Positions 13,136-26,240 of a stretch of DNA of 64,000 nt are shown here, piece after piece. Where the stretch lies: the NCBI GenBank assembly GCA_964016885.1, contig OZ024740.1, positions 236,654,001 to 236,718,000 of the forward strand, in the 5' to 3' direction. The notes under the pieces were generated by a model that saw only the letters and a list, made by a program, of their open reading frames with translations, had not been told where the DNA came from and did no database searches. Each line of letters starts with the position of its first letter. The stretch's first letter is position 1. The position numbers and the translations under genes are program-made. This DNA comes from Eledone cirrhosa (taxonomy: Eukaryota).

Positions 13136-14280
13136 GTATGTCCTAAATGCAAAGTATGGGTGCATAAAAGATGTAGTGGGATCACAGGTAAGCTAACTAA
13201 GAACATAGATTTTACATGTGGCCGGTGTTCTGGTGCAATAAGTAGCAGCAAGTGCCCACAAAATACTAGCTCTTTCAATTGCGCAGAGGGTTCTATAGAA
13301 ATAGTGGACAGCTTCCGTTACCTGGGCGATAAAATCAGCAGTGGGGGAGGGTGCTCTGAAAGTACAGTAGCTAGAGTCAGAACTGGTTGGAAAAAGTTCA
13401 GAGAGCTTATACCACTATTAGCTGCTAAAGGGTTCTCCCTAAAAATGAAAGGCAGGTTGTACGATGCCTGCATACGAACAGCAATGTTGCATGGCAGTGA
13501 GACCTGGGCATTGTGTGCAGAGGATATACACAGACTAGAGAGGAACGAAGCTTGCATGCTCCGCTGGATGTGTAACAGTAATATACGTGAACGGCAAAGC
13601 ATAAACGAACTAAGGAAAAAATTAGAGATAAGAGGGATCAGATGTTGTTTACTCGAGAGAAGGCTACGTTGGTATGGACACGTGATGCGCATGAAAGTCG
13701 ATAGCTGTATAACAAAGTGCAGGGCAATAAAGATAGACGGTAGCCACGGAATAGGCAGACCTAGAAAAACCTGGGACGAGCTGATAAACTCCGACCTCAC
13801 ACACTTACACCTCTCCAAGACAATGTCACTGGACCGAGACCTTTGGCGGTACTCAGTAACAGAGAAGACCCGCCTTACCTAAATACATAGTAAAACCTAC
13901 TCCAGCCAGTAGGCATCTCTAACAAAATACACCCCGTCCCACCACCACCACCCCCACCCCATCCACACCACCCCGTTCTATGTAAAGTTATGTTGGTGCC
14001 GCGCCATCCAGGCCGAAACAAATGAGATCGTGTAGGTGTCACGACAAAAAAACACACAGTCCACGCTGTAATGTGGCCGTGTAGGCAACACGGTAAAAAC
14101 CTCCCAGACCCACACTGTAAATGTGGTTGGTGTTAGGAAGGGCATCCAACTGTAGAAAACCTGCCAGACAGTCCTATGCGAGCAAGACAATCACTCTTGC
14201 CTCAAGTGGGACTACCCCCGTCCAAACCCATGCAAGCGTGGAACACGGACGTTAAACGTTGATGATGATGATGATGATGA
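13136..14280 (+). mobile_element. Young 5'-truncated RTE-A copy
   Basis: Near-identical to 9485-10612; 24-bp TSD AATGTATATATATTGATTCAAAAT at 13112-13135 and 14281-14304. Confidence 0.95.
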
Positions 14281-14399
14281 AATGTATATATATTGATTCA
14301 AAATTTCATATTCAATTTTATATAGGAAGAGAGAAAAAAGAAATAAAATGGAAGGAGGTAAGAACAAAATAATTTTTAAAAAAGGTTGGGACAAACTTT

Positions 14400-15560
14400 A
14401 CACTCTTGGCTAGGCAGTACATCTCAGTTGCATCCCACAGACAACATGGCAAAAGTATTGCTGTGGATAACAGCCAGTAATGCCCACTGCATTAGCCATT
14501 CCAATTCATAGGGCTTCTTCCTCAAATTAATGCCCTTCTTCCAATTTTGGCACGAAAAATGGCAGTCGGGGAACCAAGGACACCGGAGGTCTCAATGGCA
14601 ATAAGTACAAAAAGAAATGGTCATTCAAAGCCCGGTATTTTATTATCTTCTGCTCCCCTCTGTTACAGATGATGATGCCCAGGTTTGTTGCCAATGCAAT
14701 GAGATTAACACTTGAGAACATGTCACAACATGTGAAATACCAGATAAGTGACTTACCTCACACAAATGGGGAAAACGTTATCTCATCTGGGCACCTACTG
14801 TCACCACAATTGGAGCTGGCAGGCTCTAATTGTGATAAGAAACCAGCTATGTCAAGGCTCCTGATAATGTTGTTCAAAGTTTCATGTTGAAGGAACTAAC
14901 CTGCACTGTGGCAGTATGAGAGTTGATGTAATTCAATCTTGTTGACAGTAGCTCCTCCATATGGCTAAGGTTTAGGGGTACTCTGATGCAGGTGCACTCA
15001 AGAAGGGTACCGGTTAATGAAGAGGGCACCAAGTTGAATCCCATGAGGAAGAAGATACAGTGTTGACCTGGGGAAGACTTGATCTTCATGCAAGTTGAAC
15101 TGCATAGGATGTCATCCTAGTCACATTGGTAACTTGCATACTAGAATGCAGTGAGACCATCATCCATACAGGTGGCTAAAGCTGACTCAAGTTCCTTGTT
15201 TACATTAGGTTCCGATGTTTCTCAAAGAACCTTGTAGAGATGATAGAGGAAAGGTAGGTTGGCAGTGCTAGGTCAAATGTTGAGCAGAAAATGAGGCCAC
15301 CACTTGATGAGGAGTTTTACATGTTACCAGCCTGAGTCATTGAAACTGACATTCACATGAGTTCAGCACAGAGACAAAATGGTGGTATCAAGTTCTCTGA
15401 GGTATCCTGCATTAGAATCCCATGGTGCACTGCACCGCAAAAAGATAAGTTTGGGGAGGGAAATGCAGTTGTTCTGGAGGAAGAGCATGGGATGCGAGTC
15501 AATGAGGCATCCAATCTGTCAATCATCCTGTAATTCTTTCTACAAGTCTGGGGGAGTAAC
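14400..15560 (-). mobile_element. Highly decayed non-LTR RT fragment, possibly CRE-like
   Basis: GC content above the intron background; remnants resembling the YLDD region, LGII (GGLGI-like) and the pre-zinc-finger region. Weak. Confidence 0.35.
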
Positions 15561-15639
15561 AGGAAAGATAGAAATTTTAACTAAATCATCATCATCAGTA
15601 TTTATTCATGCTTGTCTATATTTTGAGTTTAAATCTTGC

Positions 15640-15845
15640 TAGAGTCAACTTTGCCTTTCACCACTCTAGAGGTGATAAAATAAGTACCTGATAAATACTA
15701 ACGTCAATTCAATTGAATATACCTCTTCTGGTCCAGGATTCGAACTCACAACCTTGGATTCGCAATCATAGGGTTGTGAGTTCGATTCCTGGACCAGGCG
15801 ATGCGTTATGTCCTTGAGCAAGACACTTTATTTCACGTTGCTCCT
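15640..15845 (+). mobile_element. Two tRNA-SINE fragments, one with a fold-back head
   Basis: AACTTTGCCTTTCA...AAGTACC fragment, then inverted B-box arms 15728-15797 and CCTTGAGCAAGACACTT. Confidence 0.65.
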
Positions 15846-16598
15846 TCTACCTGGAGTTGCGACCGATAGATAGTATTAGCAATTGGAAAGACCAACAGAA
15901 ATACCTCTTCTATACAAATTGACATCTACATGCTAATGTAAGAAATATTTATAATGACCATCACTAAAATCATCATTTGTCTATATTTCTGAAATGGGGA
16001 ATTATCATTATTATGCATTGATTTATTCAAATTAGTATTCTCAGTTTGGTTGTTATAGTCACAAAGTTTTAGCTGTTGTATCCTCCAGGTTGTAATAAGC
16101 AAATTGTCCAAATAAATCAGAGTATAATCATCATCATCATTACAGTTAATTTATAAATTACAAAAAATATGATCTTGAGCAACACTAAGGATATCCAATT
16201 TTCATCATACTATTACTACTTATAACTCAATTCTCATGTTTTATTTCTGAAGCAAGAGATATTATTTAATATTCTTTACTAAATTATTTATCTAAATTCA
16301 GACTAACTCTCAAATCACATAATATTCTCTTTAATCAGTTCCATAGACAATTTGTTTGCAATAAAATCAAAATTGGTAATTATATAATATTTATTTGTCA
16401 CAATCATTTCATGCTGCAAATAATAGATCTCCAAAACCATGAATGTGTAAAGTCTGACAATAGAACCAAGCCGTATAAAGAAAACAAAGAGCTAGAGACA
16501 TATTTCTTTCAACAAGAAGAGTATTGATTTAATAGAAGATGTAATTGTACATGCAGTAGCTTTATCACTTTCTAAATATATAATGGTTTAATACTTAC

Positions 16599-16749
16599 AA
16601 ATTCCAAGATGTAGTGTCCTCAAGGGACAGTTTTGAAGGAGTTTCAATAGGTGAATGAGGTAGGTCAACCACTTGAAACCGACGTGATCGGTTTTTGCCT
16701 TTATCAATGTCTATCTTCTGAATAGGTTTTCTAACTTGATTGGCTTTAT
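16599..16749 (-). CDS. REDIC1: REDIC1-like coding exon 3: (D)KANQVRKPIQKIDIDK...LEDTTSWN
   Basis: Acceptor CTTTCCTCTGTTTTAG, donor TT|GTAAGT, 151 nt, phase 1 in / phase 2 out, open frame compatible with exons 2 and 4. Confidence 0.72.
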
Positions 16750-17440
16750 CTAAAACAGAGGAAAGGAATTAATTGTTAATATTATTTCCCCCCCTTTTTT
16801 TTGGCAAGCAAACATGAAATAATTACAGCTATTAATATTAATTTTAAATCTGTTTTTCCATAGTGGCATGGATTAGTTGAGTCTTCTCCAACATAACATT
16901 TCACCAGTTGGTATGAACCCTTCACCACTTTTTCCTGTGTCTTGCTCAGTAATTCTCTTCTGCACATTCCTTACATTTAAATTGTTTAGTATCTCTTTAC
17001 CCAACTGCCATCCACCATACAGATACCTGTACAAGCAAAGTCTTCTCTCTTGTGCATATCTGATTCTTCTTACACATAGTGTTTCTTTTAGTTCATTTGT
17101 GCTCCTTTGTTCACTCACACAAGCATTACACATCCATCAGAGCATGCTTGCTTTATCTCTTTCCAGCCTTCACACATCCTCCACATTCAATGACCATGTT
17201 TCACTACCCTACAAGATCACACTTTGTACACAAATGTCATACAAGCTGTCTTTCACTTGGAAAGACAATAAATACCCTTGACAGTAGAAGTAATATCTCC
17301 CTGAACTTTTTCCATCTTGTTCTTACTCTGGTGATTATGCTTTCAGATGATCCACCTTCACTGCTAAATAGACCACCTAGATAACAGAAGCTGCCAACAA
17401 CTTCTAGGAAGCATTTGAAAGAATTTGTTTTTTAAGTATT

Positions 17441-19986
17441 TGTAGCGCTCTCTAGACAGGGAAGTAGCTAGAGTTACTTCCCGTCGAAAGTCTAGAATCC
17501 TCTTTGTAACTTCCGGAAAGAGGATATAAATAGCGGCAACGCAATCAAGCTCTCTCTCTTTTGGCGCCTTCCTTCGAACTGACAATACGGAAGACAAGCA
17601 TGTTAACTTTTCTCTAACCACCTATCATGGATCTGGACTATACCTAATTATGTACGAGAATATTTGTTTACAACAATTATAACATGGAACTACAATAAAA
17701 TGAAGACTTATATTTGATACTCGTTCCGAGAAACTGCTTACGTTTTATCATTACCTTTGTAATGGGAATTAACTCTCATTCGACATGGTGTTATGTAAAA
17801 ATATCTTATCCTTTTCTTTATAAAGCATCTGGATCTTTATAAGGCATCTGGATCTCATCTCACAGTATACCAGTGACATTCGTCACATAGCTGGAACTTC
17901 CAACATACCTGCGGACGCACTATCTCGACTTTCTGTGTGTTCTCTTGCGTCTCCTGCACATATCGATTTAGTTGCCATTGCAACTGACCAACCTACTTTG
18001 GATTCGCTGGACATTTCCTCTGACCAGTTCTGCTGCTGCAAATTGGAATATTTACCTCTTCCATCTTCTGAAGGGAAAATTCTCTGCGATGTTTCTACTG
18101 GCTCACCCAGACCACTTGTTCCAGATTGTCATCAGCGTACCGTTTTTGATGCACTTCATTCCTTGTCACATCCTGGCATAGCTGCCACGGTGAAGCTTAT
18201 TACGGCTCGATTCTTCTAGCCTAATATGCGTCGTTTAATCACCAGTTGGGCACGTTCTTGCTTGAAGTGTCAGCGCTCTAAGATTCATCGGCATGTCCGC
18301 ACTCCTCTTGGGAAATTCAGCCCGCCAGATGCACGTTTCCGTCATATACACATGGATATTGTTGGTCCATGGCCCGTTAGTCGTGGATTCACATACATAT
18401 TGACTTGTATCGATCGTTTCTCTCGGTGGCCTAAAGCCATACCCCTCATGGACATAACAGCAGAGTTCGTTGCCCGAGCTTTCATTTCCAATTGGATTGC
18501 TCGTTTCGGTGTTCCTTCTAAAATAACTACGGATCGTGGACGCCAATTTGAAGCTTCCTTATTTCATGAAATATCACGACTCTTGGGTGCTCATCACATT
18601 CATATGACCAGCTATCACCCAGCCTCCAATGGAATGGTCGAGAGGTTTCATAGACAGTTGAAAGCTGCACTTCGCGCTACTCCTGATCCACAACGTTGGA
18701 CTGAATTTTTGCCTATCATGCTTCTTGGTTGTCGTGCTGCCATTAAGACAGATTTAGGTTTTTCTTCTGCTGAACTTCTTTATGGTACCACATTGTCTCT
18801 TTCTGGACAAATGTTAGCAGTGGATTCATCACATCTTGACCCAGCATCATATGTCACCAGGATTCGTTCGTATTTCTCGGATCTTCCACCGATGAACCCT
18901 CATGACCAATCTATTTCTTCTGCTGTCCCATCAGACATCTCTACGTGGACACACATTTTCATACGGAATGATTCCGTCAAGTGACCCTTTACGTCACCTT
19001 ATAATGGACCTTTTTGTGTGCTTTCGCACACACCCAAACATTTCACAGTGGCTGTCAATGGCCGAAAAGAGACAATATCCATTGACAGAGCAAAAAAGGC
19101 TTTCTCCGAAAGTCTCATCTCACTGCCTGATATACCTCATACATACACTCCTACACCAACACTTTCACCTCCACCGCAAACACCACATACCACACAACCA
19201 TATGTCACACGAGGTGGCAGGACGGTAAAATGGCCACGAAAACTCTCAAAAACAATATACATTTAAACCCCAGTGCCCTTAACATACCTCTTCTTTTTCA
19301 GTTTTCAGATAGAACTAGTGTCAGAAAAGTCTGTACACTAGTGATGTATGAACTATTTGACTTTGAAAAACATTGATTTTACCATTGAGCATCAATATTC
19401 TCTGCTCCTTTGTATGACTATGATTTATCATTCGTTACATTCAAACATTCTTTGTAAAAATGCATTACTTGTTTTATGCTCATTTTGCTATTTGCTTGCT
19501 CATGTTTTATTCATTCATGTTCTTGTACCTTTTGTTTTGCTCCTCATGTTCTCGCTACAATGATTTCATTTGGTTATTCGACTTCTCGTCTGAGAGCGGA
19601 GTCTTGTAGCGCTCTCTAGACAGGGAAGTAGCTAGAGTTACTTCTCGTCGAAAGTCTAGAACCCTCTTTGTAACTTCCGGAAAGAGGATATAAATAGCGG
19701 CAACGCAATCAAGCTCTCTCTCTTTTAGCGCCTTCCTTCGAACTGACAATACGGAAGACAAGCATGTTAACTTTTCTCTAACCACCTATCATGGATCTGG
19801 ACTATACCTAATTATGTACGAGAATATTTGTTTACAACAATTATAACATGGAACTACAATAAAATGAAGACTTATATTTGTTACTCGTTCCGAGAAACTG
19901 CTTACGTTTTATCATTACCTTTGTAATGGGAATTAACTCTCATTCGACATGGTGTTATGTAAAAATATCTTATCCTTTTCTTTATA
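17441..19986 (+). mobile_element. Gypsy-type LTR element 2, deletion derivative keeping the RNase H tail and integrase
   Basis: 382-bp LTRs 17441-17822 and 19605-19986 with about 4 substitutions by eye; TG...TA ends; TATA-like GATATAAATA and AATAAA inside the LTR; TSD ambiguous. Confidence 0.92.
17843..19266 (+). pseudogene. Gypsy pol remnant: end of RNase H, HHCC finger, D,D35E integrase; stops at 18217-18219 and 18982-18984
   Basis: RHLDLISQY...NIPADALSR, LHSLSHPG...[27 protein letters not shown]. Confidence 0.9.
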
Positions 19987-21064
19987 AAATTTAGTAGTTA
20001 GATTCCGGTGACATTTACTCGAGTAAATAACCCTGGATCTAGCAGCACACTAAATATTCTTACTTCTAACTACCTCTAAGCATTTGCCACATAAAAAATT
20101 ATTTTTTATCATCCTGCCTATGATCCCACTGCATTTCTTGTGCACCAATAATTTACATTATGTAGACTGCATAGAATTCCTACCTTCACCTTTTCTGCAT
20201 AGCAATACATATTGATAAAGAGGATTATTGTACAATAGTTACAATAGTGACAGCAAAAACAGGTCATTGTTCCATAAGTATAACATTTCAAAGATGATGC
20301 TAAGTTGGAAATGTTCCTCTTTCACTTTAATAACTAGTTTGAAGATATCTATGTTGGTTGACAAAACAGGTGAAAAAAGTCTGAACTCCCTATTTCTTCC
20401 AAAATTTTGGAATTCTTACCAAAAAACTTTAACCGAGTAAAACCAAACCGAATAAATAATAATTCAGAGGTAGACTATGATCAATTATAATGAGAAGTTA
20501 GCATGGAATGTCCAACCATATGGAAATTAATTGATAAACAACATGAATAGAGAAGGATAGAGATGTATACTATGAAAGTTTGTTTACTAGCGTACTTGAA
20601 ATCCAACGTGAGCACATATCACTGCTAAATGAGAATAACGATTTCAAAATGAGCATAGGGATTTTATAGTGAGTTCATGTCACAGAAACAAAAAGCTAAA
20701 CATACTTGATTTAATTAGCCAAGAATGCATAATGTATCTCCTTTGAAAAAGTTACATTTTGAAAACTTAATCTCACTTCGAACAGATATATTCTCACTTA
20801 GAATTACATATGTAGTTCAGCATGAAGTACTGCAGGAATTAAAAAAAAGAATAGGCAGTTGCAGATAAAAGAACATATGAAATTGTTCTTAGTTTTGAAA
20901 ACGTGAATGCTGTCAAGTACCTAAGGAGCTTTGTCCATAATTACCAAATGAAGAACAAAATAAATCAGCATAGTAATAAAACGTATTTTTCTTTTAATTA
21001 TAGGGGGTAACTCCATATTTTAACTTTTTCTTATTTTCAATTCATTGTTTTTCTCTCCTTTCTC

Positions 21065-21095
21065 AGTATGCGTGTATGTGTATGTGTATGTGTCT

Positions 21096-21174
<79 letters not shown>

Positions 21175-21250
21175 TCTGTGTGTGTGTGTGAGTCTGTGTG
21201 TGTGTGTGAGTCTGTGTGTGTGTCTGTATGTGGTTGTGTGTGTCTGTCTG
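21065..21250. repeat. (TG)n compound microsatellite
   Basis: Directly visible. Confidence 0.95.
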
Positions 21251-21569
21251 TGTTTTCAACATCAAATTGTCAGTGTCAATTGGGTTCATTTTCAATACAT
21301 TTTAATGTATCTGTATCCCTGTATGAATGCATTTTTCTTTATGTATAACATTTCAATGTTCCTCTCTCAAACTGTGTATGTGTCTGTCTCTTTTCAGTGC
21401 CAAACTGTCCATTGGCAAAATTACCTTGGCACCCTAAAGTCCATACCAAAACAATTATTTTAACAATATTTAGTTTTTAATAAACTGTCAGATGATGATA
21501 AATATGACAAATATATTTTACAATATTATTCTATATATTTGAACCAATCACAGCAAGAAATATTTTTCT

Positions 21570-23797
21570 GCGATATACGTATGACCATGTCAACACTGCT
21601 ACTTGCAGTCGTTTACCATCCCTCAAATTACCATCAGGACACTCAACTTTGTGATATCTCTGGAGATGTCAACACTGTACTCCAGAACATCCTGAAGTCA
21701 ATATGGACAGCATGTGCAGCATTGGTGCCACGTAAGCAGAAAAAACATCCCCAAAGTGCAATTTGGGAGACTGCAGCAGTCCGTTTTGCCAGGAAAGAAC
21801 GTTGTAATGCTGAATGTGAGTACAAACTGCATAAATCAGATATCAATAGGAAAAAGCGAAATAAATCATCCAACCATCTCAAGCAGGTGACAAAAAAGGC
21901 GGTGCTTGAATTTGAGCAGAGCATAGCAACCAACCCTGAGAGTAAGGTGTTCTGGAAGTATGTTCACTCAAAGCAGAGGTCTCACTCTCCAGTTAGTCCT
22001 CTTTGCAATCCCCCACACAAGCCAGGTTACTGACAACCCCAAGGAATGCGCAGAACTCATTGCTGAATGCTATGCAGGCATTTTCACAGTTGAAGACCAG
22101 AGTGTACCATCTCCACCACCTTTGGCACTGGATTCTATTACAACTATGGAATTTACACATCCAATGCTGAGACGTCACCTTAAAAATAAACGCAACCATG
22201 CCTCTCCTGGTCTTGATGGTGTTACGTACCTGCTTCTCAAACGTGGTGGGTACTTCCTTCTGCACCAGCTATCACGCTTCTCTCAATTCTGTCTGAACAA
22301 CGGTGCTACTCCAGAACAGTGGAAAACTGCCAGTGTCATTCCTCAGTTCAAAAAGGGTGACCGCATATCACCTGTGAACTATCGTCCAGTCAGTCTTACT
22401 AGCTGCATTGCCAAACTGATGGAATCCTGCATCAGAGAAACACTTTTGAACTTCTGGAACTCTCACAGTCTTATCCAGCCCTCGCAATTTAGATTTATCC
22501 CTAACTTCAGCTGCTGTGATCAACTTATCGAGTTTCTTGAAGACATCACCTGGATCACTGATGGCGGCTCATGGGTGGATGTTGTTTACCTTGACTTTGC
22601 TAAAGCTTTCAATTCTGTACCACACAAAAGACTTATGGCAAAACTCTCTGCAATGGGTGTGAAGGATGATCTTTTTAACTGTTTGAAGTCCTTCATTCTC
22701 AGTAGAAAAGAGGTGGTCACGGTTGTAGGACAACATTCCTCACCATATGAGATGTCATCTGGTGTACCACAGGGATCTGTTCTTGGCCCCCTTTTGTTTG
22801 TGGCATATATTAATGACATAGATGCCAACTTAAAGAATACCACAATACTGAAATATGCAGATGACATCAAGCTATACTTTGAGATAAAAAGGACAGTTCC
22901 TAAAGACTATAGATCTTGCCTGCAATCTGACCTGGACACAATGCAACAATGGATCACGGACTGTCAACTCAAGCTAGCTGTGGACAAGTGTACCACCATG
23001 CATTTTGGGAGTAAAAACCCAACGTCCACATACTCCCTCCACAACACTAATATCAAGAAGTCTTCTTGTAAACGTGACCTGGGCATTACTGTCAGCAGAG
23101 ATTTGTGTTGGACAAAGCACATCTCTAAAATTGTCAAGAAGGCCGAGTGTGTCTTAGCATCACTCAGCAAGAACTTTGTCAGCTGCTCTCCAGCTATCTA
23201 TTTAAAGCTGTATATAGCTATGGTGCGGCCACACCAGTCTGAAACCCTTATCTTACTCAGAACATTGACCACCTAGAAACTGTTCAGAGACGTGCAACCA
23301 AGCGAATACCCTCCATCAGGCATCTACCATACTCTGAACGCCTTGCTTCCCTGGGCATGGATACATTGAAGCTCCGACGTCTGGCAACTGACTTGGTAAA
23401 CACCCACAAAATTATTAACCATCTTGCTAACAACAACCCTGAGTACCTTTTTGATTTCCATGTGTCTAACACACATGAGCATGCCAACAAAGTCAGAAAA
23501 CAGCATAGCTCCCATGACTTTCGGAAACATTTTTTCATGCTCAGTTGCTGAAGTATGGAACAAATTACCTGCATCACTTGTTAGCTATTGAGACACTGCA
23601 TCCTTTAAAACCTCCATGCTTCCTGAGATTCGCCAACACTACACCTAATAGTCTCCCTCCATACACACACACACATGTATATCATGACTCATACACTATT
23701 CACTTCCCTGACATTTGTATATTATTCTATGTACTATACATGCTCCCTTGATGAGTTGTAGTGCACCTGAGCACTGTACACAATAATTTCATTATTA
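21570..23797 (+). mobile_element. CR1/L2-group LINE, internally deleted, RT ORF 21960..23276
   Basis: SPGLDG, NYRPVSLTS, LDFAKAF, GVPQGSVLGPLLF, KYADD, RDLG, LETVQRRATK; short ATT tail. Confidence 0.88.
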
Positions 23798-23799
23798 CT

Positions 23800-23987
23800 T
23801 GGCAGTATCGGTAGAGGGTCGGACGCCATGCTTTGACGCATAGAGTTATGGCCCTTTCCAATCTGAGTTCAATTCCCGCCGAGGTTAACTTTGCCTTTCA
23901 TCCTTACAGGGTCGATAAAATAAAGTACCAGTAATACACTGGGTAATTGCTGGCCTTGTGCCAAAAGTAGAAACAATTATTATTATT
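23800..23987 (+). mobile_element. tRNA-derived SINE (octopus-type family)
   Basis: TGGCAGTATCGG A box, GAGTTCAATTCCC B box, AACTTTGCCTTTCATCC...AAAGTACCAGT body, (TTA)n tail. Confidence 0.8.
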
Positions 23988-24251
23988 TATATTAAATAAA
24001 ATATGTAATACAATAATAAACTAGAAATCTAAATACAGAGTGGAGTTGGCTATCCACAGGTGCAAGCCCATCAAAGTGGAGTGGCTGTTCCAGCACATCT
24101 CCCTTGCTATCCTCCTGGACAATGTCTTCTTTAACCTGTCGGCCAGGACCAAGAGGCGGACGACATACTAAAGAAAATGATTTCTACTAGATAGATTGGT
24201 TCACACTATGTGTATTTGACTAATAAAATTGTATCTTATACTAAGCTAGAC

Positions 24252-24452
24252 TTAACCCTTTAGAATTTGCATTATTCTATATTTTGGGGATAAAGGCTTT
24301 ACCTCACATAATATCGAATCTATGAGATTTTAATATTATCTATTTTGAGAACAATAACTTAACTGTATGAGCGGCCAGTTGCAGCTGGTTTCAACAGAAA
24401 GAGATAAAAGAATTCTGGCCAGATACAGCCGATTTAAATGCTAAAGGGATAA
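24252..24452. mobile_element. TTAA MITE family copy
   Basis: TTAACCCTTTAG...AAATGCTAAAGGG(A/T)TAA TIRs; other copies at 26606-26826, 33056-33264 and 44050-44187. Confidence 0.7.
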
Positions 24453-25941
24453 ATAACTTGCGCATACCTTCAACTGAATCATTGAAAATATCTCAAAACA
24501 ATTTCATGATCTGTTAGAATGACCCTACTATTTTATTCACATTTTGTGCTATAAACTCTAAATTCTGTTCTAAATATGACTGCCTTATCTTTATTTAAGA
24601 CACATTAGAACTAGAAATGAATAAATACAATAGGAAATTTCTTGAGAGATATTTGATAGCTACTTTAATCCGATTCAATAGCTTACCAATAACATGATAA
24701 AGTTGTTTAGATCTAGGTCAGCTATGATCCATCCTATGATATAAGGCATTTCAGCTATGACCAGCCAGACATTTATTTAGACAGTCTATTAAGAACTACA
24801 TTGTCCAATATGTCCTGTTTTGGATAGAGTAAAGTGTAATTTAAAGGAAAATTTTTTATTTCCAGTAGATTAACTCTTCATACCAAACCATTTGAAACTG
24901 ACCATTTCTATGATATATAACTGCTTGTTTTAAGGTGTTTATATTCAGTTAAAAACCTTCCATCATAATCTCATGTAAGAAATCTTGTTAAGTTACGTTT
25001 CAAACACCAGCTTGATAATGAGAAAGTTACTTATATTACTAAATCCCTTTAAATTCTTCATTATTTTGAAAATTATTTGCTTCTGTTATTAGAAATACAG
25101 TAATGAAAGGGCTAACAATCCACAGAGATTATCTCTATCTCTCATTAGCTCATTAACAACGAGGAAGATATAATGTGTTGGTGTATCTCAAGCAACATGT
25201 TTGTATGTATAGTGGGTTGTGTAGTTGTACTTCACTGACTACACAACCCACTATACCATGATGAAGATAGTAGTGGTGTTGATGAAAACAATAATGAAAA
25301 GCATTAAATAAAAGTAAAGGAAAGAAAAATCAAAGTATTATTCAAAGATCAAATGTATATATCCATAGTCATCACACAATTTATGTCTGTCTTATCTGAA
25401 GTTGTGTAAATCTAAGGAAAATCTTATATGGGCATGCACCATTGAAGAGATAATATTCACAACAGCGATTAAATTGATCAGTAAGGACTGCTGCAATCAC
25501 TAACATCAATCAAAAATTTCCAATTCATTTTATTACATATGTGAAACCCTGTTAAATTTATATTTTGTCTGTAAAACATTATTTTCCATCTACCATATTA
25601 TTGATACTTAAATATCACTACATTCCTTCTATTTATATATATATTGATTACTCTTAGCCTTGCCAACTGAATACCATTACAATATTTTGTATATTTGATA
25701 TCTTCCTTGCTTTTCATTCTTTTTTTTAATCTTAAACTCCCCGAAAGAGAATAATTGCCAACTAATTGTGTAGATATCAGTTAATCGAAGTTTTTCAACT
25801 CATTATACTGTATATGACATTTGTATTTGTATTTAATGCGCAGCACACTCACTCTTTGGGTATTTTCCCATTACTTTGTGGCTACCTAATTGTTAGTTGT
25901 GTTGTGATAACATAGAAGACTAGTTCTAATAGACAGATAGT

Positions 25942-26240
25942 CATCATCATCATCATCATCATCATCATTGTTTAACGTCCATCTTCCATGCTAGCATGGG
26001 TAGGATGGGCTGTCCCTTTGTGAAGGATCAGGTCAGGGGGCTACAATTCGCTCACATAGAACTGATTTTGGCTTGGTTTCTATGGCTGGATGCCCTTCCT
26101 AATGCCAACCATATTTACAGTGTGTGCTGGGTGCTGGGTGCTTTATGCCATGTCACCTACATGACCACTTTACAGCGTGGACTGAGTGCTTTTTGACATG
26201 ACACCTACACAACCACTTTACAGTGTGGACTGGGCACTTG
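25942..26240 (-). mobile_element. RTE 3' UTR fragment with tail
   Basis: (TCA)n tail followed by the reverse complement of CCCATGCTAGCATGGAA...GGACGTTAAAC and AGGAAGGGCATCCAGC. Confidence 0.8.

Larger units (their letters stand above)
16850..20205 (-). mobile_element. Old RTE LINE fragment split by Gypsy element 2
   Basis: The minus strand carries a decayed PHD region (LVHKKCSG, about 20000-20200) and LEVVGSFCYLG...WKKFREI (below 17440) on either side of the LTR element. Confidence 0.75.

Noticed and set aside
17437-19990. Target-site duplication for Gypsy element 2
   Set aside because: The flanks TATT and AAAT do not match at the TG/TA boundary; an ATTT match needs shifted ends, so no TSD is claimed.
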